From: Lingula anatina
Lineage: Eukaryota > Animalia > Brachiopoda
Reading direction: 5' to 3'
Assembly (NCBI GenBank): GCA_051362555.1
Contig: CM120641.1
Coordinates: forward strand, 47,374,401-47,438,400
Length of the DNA stretch: 64,000 nucleotides
Part shown: positions 49,201 to 64,000 of the stretch, one piece after another
Position numbering within the stretch: the stretch's first letter is position 1
Layout of the letters: the number at the start of each line of letters is the position of its first letter
Made by a program: the position numbers and the translations under genes
The notes under the pieces: model-generated
The model's input: only the letters and a program-made list of their open reading frames with translations
The model's database searches: none
Told to the model about the DNA's origin: nothing

Positions 49201-50307
49201 TGCTGTGGATGGATTCTGTAACCTAAGCTACCTGGACACCATAAATGCACACACACTCATGCAGTCCTTGAGTTTTACTGGTCTGATATTCACTGACTAG
49301 AGTCACATGAAAAATGCCAGTGCAGAAAAATTCTATGGAATATATTTGCACTGCAGGCTGGGTAAAATTAGGGTTGAGAAGTATGTAATATTTATCAGTT
49401 CTATCAGGTTAATGGGAGGTAAATAAACTCTCCACCAGAATCTCTATCTTTGGTCCTTGTAATTAGTGAAAGCCACCATCAGCACCAAACCTTGTAATGT
49501 CTGCACTTAGGGACAAGCAATCTCAGTCTTTAGGTGTGAATTTTCCCAAATGTATAAGAATTTAAGCGTCATTTTTTGCCTGTAAAGGTGGTAATTTTTC
49601 ATTTGCATGTTTGATTTTTAGAGCATGCGGATCTGAGGACCTTTGCAACCTGCCACGGAGACCTCCTGTACAAATCAAACCTATCTCCGATTTCCCTTGA
49701 TGTTGCCATTGCATGTAGTTTCAGTGGCTGTACATAGGAGATCAAGCCGGGTGATACTGCTCTGTGCCTTAGAGCAGGCATTTGCATGTTTTCTAAACAT
49801 TTCATTTTTATCTGTGCTTGCTGGTACCAGGTTGTAGCTGTCATGTTACATGATTGATGGATGTTGAGATCAAAAAAGTTCGGCAGGTAACATACCGATT
49901 ATTATATAGCTTTAATTGCTTGTTTATCTCTATGGAAGAAAAATGTAGTGTTTAGTTCCCTTGTGTTAGCATTCAATCAAGCTAGGTGGAAATCAGAAGA
50001 AGACTCAGTTGAAAGAATTCCCTCTCATGTGGGTTATGGGTGCGTCACTAATTTTTCCTGACAGTTAAGATGAGGGACACCCTTCTGTGCTGCGGCCACC
50101 TTCAGGGACAATCTGGTCTACCTGTGATTATATCCTTAACCCCTTGAAAGCAAACACTGACTTAGACTGACAGCTGGTGAAGAGACTGACACCAGCACTG
50201 AGGGCTGATGAGGGCTGATGATGGGCGGGCCAGGTGGTGATGGGAAGGCTCCGGGTTATGATGGGGGGGGGGGGAGCGGGCTGGTGGAGGAGACCTACAC
50301 CCTCAGT

Positions 50308-50405
50308 CTGCTCTCTCTGTGTCTCTCTGCCTTTAACCCCCCTTTCCCTCTCTCTCTCTCTCTCCCCCCTCTCTTACTCTCCTTTCTCTCTCTCTTCTGT
50401 CTCTT

Positions 50406-50472
<67 letters not shown>
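50308..50472. repeat. (CT)n microsatellite and pyrimidine tract
   Basis: Seen directly. Confidence 0.93.
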
Positions 50473-50475
<3 letters not shown>

Positions 50476-51300
50476 ATCAAGTTATTGTATTGGACAGCTT
50501 AACCTTCATAATAAAATGCAACTGAATATCTATTTTACTTTTTGTTTGCACAATTTATAGTGTAGTTTACTGGAAGATGTTTTGAATATTTCCTGACTCT
50601 GTCTATGTACAGGTACAGTATTTGCCCCAGGCACTAAATTAATGTCATACCTTAGTTATTTCCAGGTGATGGATGACTTTTCATCTTTATTTTATTTTTT
50701 ATTAATTGATTTGGTTATTTAGTTTATATTAATACTTTTTTGATAAAAAAAATATATATATATAGATTATGATTAAGTTACCTTTGTCTGAAATTCAGAG
50801 TTTTTTGTCACTGAATGAAAACGGCTGTCATTTTAGATGTCTTGAATGATTTAGCAGAAATTTAAAAATGATAAATTTGCCAGACCTATATTTCATTTGG
50901 CATTCATATTTTGAAGTTTGTCCCACTTTGAAAATGAATAAGATCATTCTTTAATATTTAATATTTCATCAAAATTAGTTTTCATGATATATATATATAT
51001 TGGACCACAGAAATAAAATGGTGAAAAACAACATCTGCATTGGAAAATGGTTGACACGTAATTATCTCTGAAAGCTGACAGATATGTTGTATCTTCAATA
51101 GAATGGGCCTACAATTTGTTACAACAATGACAAATGTCTAAATTTACTTGTCATCATGACAGTTTTAGTTGACAATGTTGTGTTAATTTTTAAAAAGGTG
51201 ACACGTACCAGTTGTACCTCATCCTTCACGTTGTCAACCGTGGAAAATGAGACAAGAGCAGCTAGGTGCTGCGAAAAACTCCTGACATTACTAACAATTT

Positions 51301-51702
51301 TAGAGACTGACAACCAGGGACTCCAACCAACTCTTGTCAGTACTAGAAAGTGTAGAGACTGACAACCAAGGTTATTTGGATTCCAACCAACTCATTTCAG
51401 TACTAGAAAGTGTAGAGACTGACAACCAGGGACTCCAACCAACTCATGTCAGTACTAGAAAGTGTAGAGACTGACAACCAAGGACTCCAACCAACTCATT
51501 TCAGAACTAGAAAGTGTAGAGACTGACAACCAAGGTTATTTGGATTCCAACCAACTCATTTCAGTACTAGAAAGTGTAGAGACTGACAACCAAGGACTCC
51601 AACCAACTCATTTCAGTACTAGAAAGTGTAGAGACTGACAACCAGGGACTCCAACCAACTCATGTCAGTACTAGAAAGTTTAGAGACTGACAGCCAGGGA
51701 CT
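51301..51702. repeat. 52/60-bp minisatellite, about 7.5 copies
   Basis: Unit tagagactgacaaccagggactccaaccaactcatgtcagtactagaaagtg. Two copies carry an extra 8 bp (ttatttgg). Confidence 0.94.
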
Positions 51703-54700
51703 AACCAAATCATACCAGAACCAGCAAGAGCCGAGATTGACAACCAGGCTGTCTTTTCAATCATCCAGATAAAAAGTCCAATAAACTTCCAAATGTTTTT
51801 TAAAGAGAGTTTCCCTATTACTTGCTCCATTCCCAGCATAACATATCTCCATATCTGAGATGTTCTGCGTATCAGCCTGATGCATATCTGTTTGAAGTTG
51901 TCATATTTCTAGGTTTCTAATGAACCTCTGGGTAACTCCTGTCTACTTCTGTCTGTGTTTTCTCTGACCTGATCTGACCTGAGCAGTTGTTGCGTTCTTC
52001 ACCCCAGCATGACTGAGCCCTGGCGCTGGCCCATATGTCAGACTACCTGACAACACAGTTGTCTTGTCAAATCAAATCATTGGGTTTTCCCAAAGGTCAC
52101 CAAGGCCCACCCAGAGAGGAGAGCATCTTTGACTTACTGTCAGATTCTGCTCATTTGAACACTGACGACAGTGCACCATGCAGGGGATTCCTCTTCCATG
52201 TGGTGCAGACGTCAACTAGTTCCTAGAAAACTTGTCATGATGATCTTTAATAAAACTTGATGTTCAGATGGTGGTGAAACAGTGTTTTATTTTGCCATAA
52301 ACTTGTTTCTGTCTACCTTATAGAAAAGTAATATAAAGATGATAAGAATTTGACATAGATATTATTTATTACTAGAGCTTATTATTAATAATAATAATTC
52401 TTTATTGGTTTAAGGCTATGACCAAACTTACATACACGAAATACATTGAAACAAGATTCAAGTGTGACATAGGTAGTGTTCCACAAGATTATTAATAATA
52501 ATAAAATCATTGACTTTGTTTGACTATTTTTTGCCTGCATCCAAATGTTACTTGAACAGTTGAGTATTGCACAAATCTGACGGATGTTCACACAAAAGAG
52601 AACATGATCAACTGATGAATCTACATTGTTTTTTTTCTTCCAATAAAAATGGCGATGTTGGTTAATTCTTTGTTCCTAGGCCCATATTAATGTGTAAACT
52701 GAATAAAACATCAATATACAAGGCTTTTCTCTTGTTTGAATATTTTTCATTCATGTTCATTAAAAAAAGGCACATCCCTTATGCAAAAAAAAAAAAAAAA
52801 AAAAAAAAAAACATGGAAAATGCCTTTGTTCTCTTAGCTGATGTATATTCAGAGGAGATAATGAAGGAGAACAAGATAGATATGATGATATGGGCTAGCG
52901 GGCACTTAAAGTCCAAGCTGATTGATAAGGTCCATTTGGTTGTCCCTTGTGTACTGCAAGATGGACAGTAGCTAATAATTTACCGTTATTTGACCAGAGG
53001 CGTTGTTTGATCACCGCAGGCATTGCCTCTGGGTATGGGAAAAGCCACTTCAGTTTCTTTAGTTTTGAGAAGGAATACATCAAAATTATGCATTCTTGTG
53101 TCAATCTTGAGGAAAATGAATAAAATTCAGATTCATGTCTTTCCAAATGTAGTGTTTCAGAAGCTTTATTGCTGCTTTTTTATATTACCTTAGGGATGAC
53201 AGTGCAGTGTGTTTTCTCAAGAAATATTGTAATTACAATTGATAACACCACTGGCTGCATTTACATCTTATAATGATAAATGACGTTTTATAAATAGCTT
53301 ATTTTGTATCCCTCGCACTGTAATCAAAATAGATAGATAGCATCATTTCAAACACAATCATCACAATTTTAGACCCAAGTACCAAAACAATGGTTTTCAG
53401 TTAGTCAGTTTGTCATCTTTCATTTTTCCTAAAGAAGAAAGGCCAGCTTGAAATGGTATACAGGAAGTCATAAGTTGTCTTGCTAGTCATAACCAAGTTT
53501 AATGGGCATCTCTGCCTTGATGGATCATTTTTCTGGAGAAAAATGTCGAATAGTTCCATTTTTTCAGCTTGTCTAATGAATGGTTTCCTGGAGCAATGTC
53601 TGGTAAGTGAGGTTTGAGTTCTCTTCTTGTCTCCGTGCCTTGCTACGCATGGTTACCACTTTCATAACTTTCACCATGATTGATCTGTGTGTGTTTTAAT
53701 TACATACTTTTGTAATTATCTGCTCATTAGCAAAATGTTCCCGTGATGAACGACTGTCCTGATACAAATTGAAGGAGATATTAAAATACTTGACATGAAC
53801 ATTTATTATCTGGAGATAATGAGTTGGAGACTATCAGCTGAAAACAAATGACTTTTCTAACCCACTTTGAGAATGTGAGTACCAGGCCGAGAACTGTTGT
53901 TTTTCACTGAAGTGTTCCCATTCATACTGGAAGTTGAAAGCCGTGGTAGTTTGTCAAGTTATTGGCAGGATCAATTTTATATTTTATAGCTTTTATTCTA
54001 ATTGAAATATAATTAGAGATCTTCAACTGACGTAAGGATTTTGAAATTAAATGATAGAGGAGATAGTAATAATAAAGCAAACATTTGAACTCCAGCTAAG
54101 TGCAAAGCCTATATTCATTAATTCACTTTTTCACAGGCAGTTTTTTTTTCTTGACACTTTACTAGGGTTGTTGAAATAATGAAGCTCAGGTACTTGAAAG
54201 CAAGATGTAGTTCACATGTCATTGATTTCTGTGAATTAACACCGGCTTTGTACTACAAAGTAAACAGAGAAGAATGACTGCTTCACACACCCATCAGATA
54301 ATGGCGGTGTATAGGGAATGGCTGGATAGATTTCCCATTGTCAGAAGTCACTGCCCTCTGGGCAAGTTTTACTCGGTGGATGCAACCTGAGATGGTATTA
54401 CTGAAGGTTTTAAATAACCACACATTCAGGCAAGAAAATAATCCATCTCCAACTCGTAATAGAATAGCATTACAAACAACCAATATTTCTGCAGCTACTG
54501 CAAACCTCTTGGTGGGCGACTGAACTGCAGTTATGGAATTTATAGAAAAAAAAAACTAATTTGCTGTTATTTTTCTTGCAGATGACCTCTACTTCTTTAG
54601 TGATATAAGTTGCCCCACCTATTAAAGAATAAGCCACACCTGCGGAGTCACCTCGCCCAAATACTCTATTAGAAACCATTTTAAAAAAGCAAACAAGATA

Positions 54701-57700
54701 TGAAGAGTTTGTTTGATTGTGACCCTTGGGTCAACCACAACTTTGATAAAAAAAATCAACCATGGCTCATGCAAAGGGATAAAAAAGATAATTTTGCACT
54801 CTCCATGAGAGCAGAAAATACAAAGTGGAATAAACAGAACAAACACTTGACGAGTTCAAAGCATCTTTTTAGCAGACGTTGAAGATATTACCCCCTACTG
54901 GTCACAGCTTTTGTTATAGCCTTCGTGTGGTTTTCATGTACTTTCTGAAGAGGGTTTGTTCTGATTTTTCTCATAGTGCGTAGGACACCCATGTGGTCTT
55001 TTTGTTTGAACAATCCAGTGTGTTTGTTAGCTACTTCAAAGAAAATATGTAAATAAGCCTGTGTCCCATTTGGCAATGTCATACTACAGTACTTTAGAGT
55101 GTTTATCCTCTGAAGTACAAGCGTGAAATAATTTGAAACCCAAAGCAACCAGTCTACGGAGGGTAACGTGTAACAGTTTCTATTCAAATTGTAAAAAATT
55201 TGGCAATCTTTGTATTTTGGTTGAATTACTTGAACAGCATAGTTAAGGGACGTTTTATGAAATACGACAGGTTTTTAGAAAAATACTCGGCCAGTTGAGA
55301 TTGCAAGGCATGCTTGGAAAACAATCCGTGTCTTGAAATAAGGAGTGAAGTTTATTTTCTATGCAAATTTTCTCATTTTCTTGCAGAGCAGAATTAAGTG
55401 CTGCTAAGATAACATCCTCACAGCGCCTTGGTTTCTTTCAGTTCTGTCTGAATAAAACCTGATGAAAATGTCTCTGTTGTGTACATGTGTGTGGCGTGTA
55501 TGTATTCAGACGAAGCTTCTGCTCAGGTGCACAATAAAAATAACATTTTTGATGGGTTGGTTTCCCCTCCACAAAAGAGCAGATGGTTAATGTTGGATTT
55601 AGAGAACCAAAAAAATGTAAAGCCAGTTTGCTTGAGGGGAGACGAAGAAACTCTTAAACCTACGTAATTGCTATGTCAAGTCATATTGATTTTCTTCACT
55701 TTTTAGCTCCAAACTTGAGTTTTTATACACATTTTCGCCCCAGTGGACAAAGTAAACGAGTAGCACATACAGCGGTACCTTTGTTGTGGAGCGGACCTCC
55801 CTCTTCCAGCCTGAGGTGATGAACACTCAAGCTGCATTGATTTTATATCAGTTTGAATTTAACCATTAAAGATGATATCGGAAGACTTGTGTTTACTTTC
55901 AAAATGGAAGCTAGGGTGGCAATTGAGCAGGACAAAACTTGGTGTTAATTGGAGGATGTTGGGTAGTGTGCAGTCGTATATAGTTATTAGAATTCTGTCC
56001 ATCTTAAGATTGACTTGTGAAGGTTCCCGGGGTGGTCCCTTTATGAAAACAGTTTGTATTCATCAAAAGCTTTGATTTGCTTTAGAAAAAGTGCCCGGCA
56101 GCAGCATGTCTGACGTGGGACAATTCTTTTTCACTTGCAGTTGTCTCTGCTTTTGATTTTTCTGCCACACAGTTTGTATTTTTCTAATCAATAGACTGGC
56201 AACAAACTAGAAGATCAGGAAGTATTCAATGATTGCACTGTTAGATGACTAGGACATTGAAGTTCTTGTGATGATACTCAGGTACCTCACTGAGATCTAA
56301 GCATACCGCTATCTCAAAAATAACAAATTCCATTCTTGGTGTAGTGTTTTTTTAAACCCAAGTCAGCAGTTCTGATGAGAAACTAAACAAGGGTGAATAT
56401 TGACATTTTCCTGTGCACTGTGCTCCTGTTTGTATGGGAAATTTCATCAACATTTTAACACTTTAGTCAGGGAGCAGGTATGCTGAAACAAATCACTCAG
56501 AGAAAAAAACGAAAATCAAAGTTACAGGCTACTTTGCGTCTGACTTCACTGAATTTTTTCGTTCAACATCATGTGTTTTAACTGCAAACTTTCGCATGCA
56601 TGTTATCCAATTTATCAAAAAAAAAAAAGGCTCTCTGGGGTGGGGTTTTACAGTACGGTCACTTCCATTCTGCTTAAAATTGCATTGAATGCTCAGTGTC
56701 AGGGGATTTGTAGGTTTCCGTGGCAACCAGAAATTTACTCTCAGAGGTAGTACATGCAATCAGTTCAGGGTATAAATCTTATTATTCTTGTTGTTTGTTA
56801 ATGTCAAATCAAAAGTCAGGCCATTAATAACACTAGTCAGTCTGATTTGTCAGTAATTTTCTGAAAATCATCTAAATCCAATGTACAGCAATCTTGTTCA
56901 TTTTCATATTATCAGACGGAGGTGTCAAAACGTCTAGAGATAACAGAATAAATAGGACATGCCTGTTTCATGAAGAAACATGGAGTGGGTCATTTGGAGT
57001 TAAGTAGCAGAGGCGGCTTGTATATATATTATTCTTTGGTGTTCAGTCTGCTTTTGTGACCTAAAAAAAAGGAAATAAGAAAAAAGGTTGTGGATGTCAA
57101 GGATCTGCTTTATGATATGAGAACTTAGCAAACAAAAGTAAGATAAAATTTATACAAGAATTTGGAATGAAATAGGAGTGTTGTTGGACTGTATTACCTC
57201 GGGTTCATTACCACCTCTCTCCCTAACCCCCTCGTACCACAATGGCAGGTTTGAATTATTGCCATTTCCTTCCCCATTTTACACTTCAGAGGGCTAAATT
57301 TACTTCTGATTGTGAAAACTAATCTTCAGACTTGGGTTTCTTTTTGCAAGGTTTGGTAAAGAAGTTTAAGCAGGGGTGACATGCGCTGTAATCAGTGGGG
57401 TGAGTGTCTGTTTTCAAACTAAACAGAGCGGTAGGAAGAAAGCATTGAAGTGAGTTTGAGTCAGAGTTGATCTGACAGACAAGTCACCTGGCGCAGCCCA
57501 GAGTGAAGGGAGCCTCCAGAGTGATAGACAGTCTCAGATAAACGCGGCACAACACTTTTAAAGGGGAGGAAGGAAGATGGGGAAATTGGAATGTTTTTTG
57601 TGTGGAAGTACTTCTGTAGGTTGCAAATCGGATTTGATGTTATGGGATCATAATGCATATTGTGTATGATTTCTGACATCTTTTAATATAAGGGCATGTT

Positions 57701-60700
57701 CGCTAAGTGTACCTGTGAAATGTTTCAAATTATGAGATATTTCATGTTGTTGCCTTAACTTCACTTTGTCACCATTTCAGGCGCACAAATCCTCTTGATG
57801 GTGTGCTTTTATGTAATTTCCAAAGTGTTAATATGGTTTCAGTTTTACCTTCAGTTTCTCAGAATATGTGCATTAGAAAAACTTACTTTTCACAGCTGCT
57901 ATCATCTTCCAAATGATCAAATCCAGCAAAATTAAATGTAGAAATTAATTCATTTTAATGTGCAAAAATTAATGTTTTACATATGTATTTTCAGCTGATT
58001 TATTTTATGTTTGTTTGTTTGTTTGTTTCAATTTTGTTGCTGTTTTAAATAATTACAAAGGTACTTTGCAAATTACCATGTCAATCCTTAGTGGAATATG
58101 ATGTCCTACCAACACTCTGACTTGTTTCTCACTTGCTGAGAAATGTACGCCTGTCATTGAACTTCAAAAGTCACATAACTTAATACTGGGATGTGATTAT
58201 TTGGGAGATTCCTCAACTTAAGACTTTCAAACTAATTAAGTCTCCATTTAAACCAATAGAAAAGACCCTACATTAACTGCAACTGAACAAGTCAAATACA
58301 TTTCACAATTATGTTACAATAAAAATTAGGGCCTTTTTGGTACATTATGCAGCAATGAAAGAAAGAATATTCTAAAACAACCAACACAAATTCATATGTT
58401 GAGCTACCCTGAGCCATTAGTCACATTTGTCATCAAATAATTTTTTTTCACCTAAGTTAAACCTTTCTGTGATTTATTTGTATATCAGGTTTTTGAAAAA
58501 AAATGATAATTTCTCCACTGTCCCCTTCTGCACATTAGCAAGATGGATCCTACAGAGAGAACTGAACAGAAGGAGAATGAAGAGAAAATGAACTCTGTAT
58601 TTATATCAGTGTGTTGATGGACAGCCATTTGTTCGTGTCATTACAATAGTCAGGTCTTGTTGAAAGCTATGGATGAACTGGATGTCAGGAGTGTGTGAGA
58701 AGCTGAGATGGAGAGAACGTGACTTGTCAATCACAACCCATGTGGTAGCTTTGCCTACAGATTCCAGTAGTGCTCGCTTGAATTCTTATGCTGGGTGGAA
58801 GATCTGAATGTTTAGAATAGTAGCAAAGTTCAAGAATACTCCATGGGTCTTTGAACAGGGTGCCCAGCAGTGATTTCTCTGTGAATTCTGCCTACAAGCA
58901 GCCCCTAGAAATTCCTCACATGACTTGCAGTGTGCGAGGAAATTTATTGCTGGCCTAGTGTAAATGTACGTATAATAATTCATGCATTCAAAGAAAAAAA
59001 TGAGAAAAAAAAGATGTGAAGAAGAGAATGCTAAGGAAAAAATAATATTAATTATGATTATCAAAAAATTAATGAAACAAAAGCATCACAATAATTTAGA
59101 TGCAGTGAGTAATGTTCTACTTTGTTTTAGCAATAAAAAATTAGGGAGATGTTTGAGATTGATTAATATGTATACAACTTGAATTGTCAAGATAAATTGA
59201 AAATTTAATATGTTATGGAGTCTGATGATGGCAAGAGAATTTTATTAAGTTCAAACTACATGGAAACTGGAATAGAAAAAATATTTGGATAGTGTTTTGA
59301 AAGAATGAAAAAAGTAAAGATGATATTCAGCATTTAAAAAAAAGGAATGTAAAAACAAAATAGATCTGTTATAATGTATGTTAAACAAATTGATTATCTT
59401 CTTTTCTGTAGCGCATTAAAACATCTTGTTTATCAATGGCTATTTTTTACAGGAAATGATGTTTTATCTTCAGCTATTTCATCTGTTTAAGTATATGATA
59501 TAAATTAATTACCACCTCTACCTATTAAGAAGTATTTATCCCAGAAAAAGTGTCTTGTTCACATGATTTATGAACTTTTATGTTTCATGTTGATCTTAAT
59601 GATAATTCTGTAGGTAATAGGGATAAAAAAACTTTTATGACTCCCAATAAATAAAATGTGACATTTGCATCAAAACATACTGCGTAGAAAATGCTGGATG
59701 ATAAAACAGAAATTCCAGTAATTATCTGCATTAATTTCTCCACAACAATTCTGGATACAATAAAAATAAATTTGTGTTCCTAAATATTCATTAAACGGTA
59801 GCATTTTCATTATGACTTGTAAGATGTTTTCTAATATTAATGTCTCGTTGAAACATTGCCCAGATTGTGAAAGAAAAACGTGATATATGAACATTTGCAT
59901 CTTAATAGTGCAACTGCCAATTTGAAGTAAACACTTCATTTTACCGCAAGATGGTTTGAATAACTTATAAGTTCCTGAAACAATAAATTGCATTTATTTG
60001 TTTTTAATGATAAGTTCTATATGATGGCACAAGCTATTAAAGTGCTTTATAATGGTGAGTAATGCATTTCCTGGTTGTCCATGTAAGTATTCTGTTTATG
60101 ATTAGAATTTTCATCATATCCATGACAAAGAACATGGTTTCACTTTTCCTGTCTGTAAAATGTTGCGCAAAAATTAAGTTTGGACATTAAGATGTTTTCT
60201 TTATATAAATGAGGTGCGGCGTGAATATATTTGAGATTTACGCCCCCTCCCCCTTTGTAAGGCAGACACATTCTCACATTGAACTGATGTTGTTTTGTAT
60301 TCGGTGAACATAAACTGTCAAGTTTCAGTGGATTTTAAACCATTCAATTTTGATGACAGGCCACCTCTAACCAAAAAACACTCAGTTCTGGAGCTTTGAA
60401 CTAGGATAAAACTACATTTGTATTTATCCTAACTTTAAAACTGTTTATTTTATAGTAAAACAAAGAACTTTTTGGTTTTCTTCAGTTGCATATACAGATG
60501 CTTGGGATTATGTTGTGAGAGAAAAAATACAGTAACATATGCAAAGCATCCAGGTCACCTCGGCATCTCTGTTGTCATTACTAAAGCAATCAAAGAACAA
60601 TACACGTTTCTTTTTGATGTAGCAACAGTTTGGGTCTAACCTTAAAACATAAAAGGCATGTTAATAAATCAGTACCATCTCCAACACAGCGGGCTATAAT

Positions 60701-63700
60701 GGGCCAGTAAAACTAGGAAAACAAAAGTCCTTTTTCTTTAGGAAATGAAGGTAGATGGTAGCCGTCCTGTTCTCTTTGATCTCTCAAGCACTTGGGTGTT
60801 TCAAGCATGTTGGGTGTAGATGTAAGAAATGGGAAAAATATTGGAGGCATAACTTTGAGGTAACACTGGCTCCTGCCTCCATGCACGGTCCAAGATGGAA
60901 TGATAAAGTTTCGTAGAGGTCGCCTGCATTTGTGATTTGTGGCCATTTTGTGGTAGATGAAATAGATTCTCTTTGGAGCCTTTTTAGTTAATGTCCATTT
61001 ATCTTACACCACATGTTAGCACAAGTGTAAACAATGAATTTAGCAGATTGAATGCGAAAAAAACAAGCATTTATATGCTATGTACCTCAATGGATGGTTG
61101 CCATGGTGATATATACCACAGCGGAGCCTTATTTCTTTTTGAAATAGATGACAAATGACACGAATGAAAATGGGGAATGAAACAAGAATCCAATTGATGC
61201 CTCATCCATGAATGAAAGATAACCCTAAGTCTTCTTTGCTAATAGTTCTAGTATGGGTCACCTGTAGTTCTGATATTGCTTGATGGGGCTACAGGCCACT
61301 TACACCAAAGGTGGTAAACTTGAACCGCAAACCAAACACTACCTTCTTTTTTGGTCAGAAAAAAAGTTCACTGTAGGAAAGTAAAAAAGTACATGAGTGT
61401 GCAAGTTTAGAAACATTTAAGTCGTGTTAAGCAATTTTAAGGTGATTTTCTTAGCTTCAGTTAAATCCATCAACCCTTGATGGATTTGACCCAAACCCAT
61501 GTCAGTTCTCAATAACGTCAAAATAAAAGGCATTTGTGATGACCTCACAGCATTTAATATCAGCACTTGCCAGCTGGGTTGCCTAGCGTACCCTTTGATC
61601 TCCGCCAGTGCTTGACAACTGCACATCTTGCTTGTCCATTACGTTTGTGCTACCTATCAGTCACGTCAGGGAACAAAGTTGTTATTTGCCCACCTTTCAC
61701 CTCCCCTCCTGATTCCGCCATCCATCATCCTGTACATCAGAGGAGTTTTACTCCAAAGCTGTGGCTCGACACTTTGATCCTCACCCACAAACTGATGGCT
61801 ACAGAAATGAATGTGTCCGCACTCCATTTGTAAATCATCACTCAGACTGGGGTGTACTGCCTGTTCGGCTTCCTATCCTATCTCATCTTTTTAAAAATTA
61901 ATCCTTGCAGATGTTTATTTTTGAATTGAGTTAGTGAGGCTGTTGTTGCAATAAAGTAGCTGGCTAGACACCTGTTCCCTAAATAATTACTCTGCAATTT
62001 TGTGGGATATTCCTTTGGGTTATGTATTATTTGTTACCAGATTGAAGAGTTGGAGCCAAGGTTTCACCATATTGCCTGCTACTTGTATTATTGGCAGGCC
62101 TTCTTGGGAAGCATGTGTCAGTGCTTATGGAGGCAACACACCAAAACTGCTGATAGCTGCTGTCAGATGGGGTTTTATTAGAGCCTTGGTAACTGTCTGT
62201 CATTAAGACAGTGTGGAAAGATGGGTGCCTCACTACATACCACAGCTTGGCTGCTTAAAAAAGAGGGAAAGCTTTTACCCTTTCTGGATACTCTATGCTT
62301 CAAAGAACTTGGAATAGTTAGAAATGAATTATCACATTTTGTGCCACAGGTCTCACTCAAATTAGCCAATTAAGGCAACCAAATGGATTTAATAAAACCA
62401 ACTTGACTTGACTCACATGTACTCTATGGTTTAAACTGGAGATGAAGGCTGTTTTTGCTTCAGTTGGGTTGGAAATAAATTTTCTATTCTTGCTTTAAGA
62501 ATAGTTGTACAAAATACGGCCTTTTAACGTTCAAAGTGTGAATTAAGACTTTGGTGGCTACATTAATTTCAGACTGAGCTGGTGAAAATTTACAGAGATA
62601 AAGTAATAGTGTTAATGCTAAAAAACACAGATAAATAGCACCAAAATTACATCTAAAGAGATAACATGTCCAGTATTTCATGTTTTAAATGTTAGATTTT
62701 GTAACTCAACTAAAACACCATGTAAAGAACCCAAAAGAATAAAAAGTCAAGTTAGTTTTAATTCATTACCATGCCTGTCTGGGATATTCTTGAACTTTAA
62801 CATAATACTTTGCTCTTTGCTAAGAGGAGGCCTTATCTTTCATTTGATGTCAAAATAGCAACTAATGCCCATTAGGTGTGTGTTATTTGAACAAAACATA
62901 AGAAATGCACACATTCCTGGAGGGGTTATCATTCATAATTTTTTCCTCGCCATCAGAAGAACCCCGCTGTCGTCTGCAGGAGCCAGCGCAAACTGCCACC
63001 ATTACTTGTTATTGACAGGTTTATGGAGACGTAATTATAGGATACCACCAGAAGATATCAAAATGATTCTCTCCAGTCAAAATTAATTCCCCATTGTGAT
63101 TAGGGCTGGTAGATTGTATGGCATATAATCTTGGATAAGCAGGTACCACCAAGCTGTAGTGGCGGAAGATTAATGGCCATGTTCAGCATGATAATTAGGT
63201 GATAGTGGTAATAGATGACAAAGGCTGTAATTTAGTAGAGAGGTAAATATATAGAGAAAAACTTGACATCTGATAAAATATTTCATAATCTTGATGTTGG
63301 AGAGATGTTTAGGTTATCTTAAATGGATCAGTGGTAAGAATCTGATTTATAACCTGTAATTTATTGCCCTCACATTCTTGTTTATCATTTAATTTCTTCA
63401 TTTTGGCTTTGTTTTCTATTCAACATGTAGGACAAACATTATGATTTCCATTTTATTTAGACATGTCTTTGTGAAGTCTATTTTTAAAACCCACTGTGGT
63501 AATATGGTGGCCCTGCAGGTGAAAAGTCCCCCATACTCAGACTGAGTGACGATACAAATCCTAGTGTACAATATGTTCTGTGTTAAATGATTAATTAGGA
63601 CAGTATAGTTCACCAGATGGATACCATTAAGCCGGGAAAATATATGTATATCCGCCAGTCAAAGGAATTCTACATTACTCAAGCAAAATGTTTTGACCAT

Positions 63701-64000
63701 AATGAAATTTAATTGCTCATTAATAATGTTGTTTACACTCCAATAAATGGAGCTGAATGTCAGGTGCCTCAATAAGTCACTGACGGAGGCGCTTTGATGT
63801 TGGCCATAATGAGTTTTAGATGCAGGTACAGCAATCCATAGTGCAGAAATGATGGAATTCTTTTCGGCTGTTGTCAGTGTCGCCAGGGGCAACCTGCGAG
63901 ACCCCATGACACATGGGAACCAACGCTGAAAACTGGCCGTGGGCGGTGGAAGCAGCTTTTTTCCTCTATTTCAGAAATAAATTTAGTTTTAAAACTGATT

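Noticed and set aside
42087-51702. CRISPR-like arrays
   Set aside because: The repeats are contiguous tandem units with no unique spacers, no cas genes are present, and the context is eukaryotic.

Overview
AT-rich, intron-rich animal genomic DNA, probably an invertebrate (taxon not determinable from this window); it is not prokaryotic, so most ORF-track entries are spurious or exon fragments. Two complete + strand spliced genes were reconstructed by hand with GT-AG boundaries and consistent phases: an erlin (ERLIN1/2, SPFH family; 10 coding exons, 3539-10617, about 326 aa) and the cohesin release factor WAPL (16 coding exons, 14093-25407, about 1168 aa). Two micro-exons at 27570-27786 may start a third gene. 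The remaining ~36 kb has no exon I can recognise and contains minisatellites, MITEs, a Helentron-type element and enhancer-like stretches. The most striking pattern is five independent tandem duplications centred on splice sites within 23 kb. The largest is a 17-copy, 78-bp, frame-preserving, stop-free array of the erlin exon-3 acceptor.
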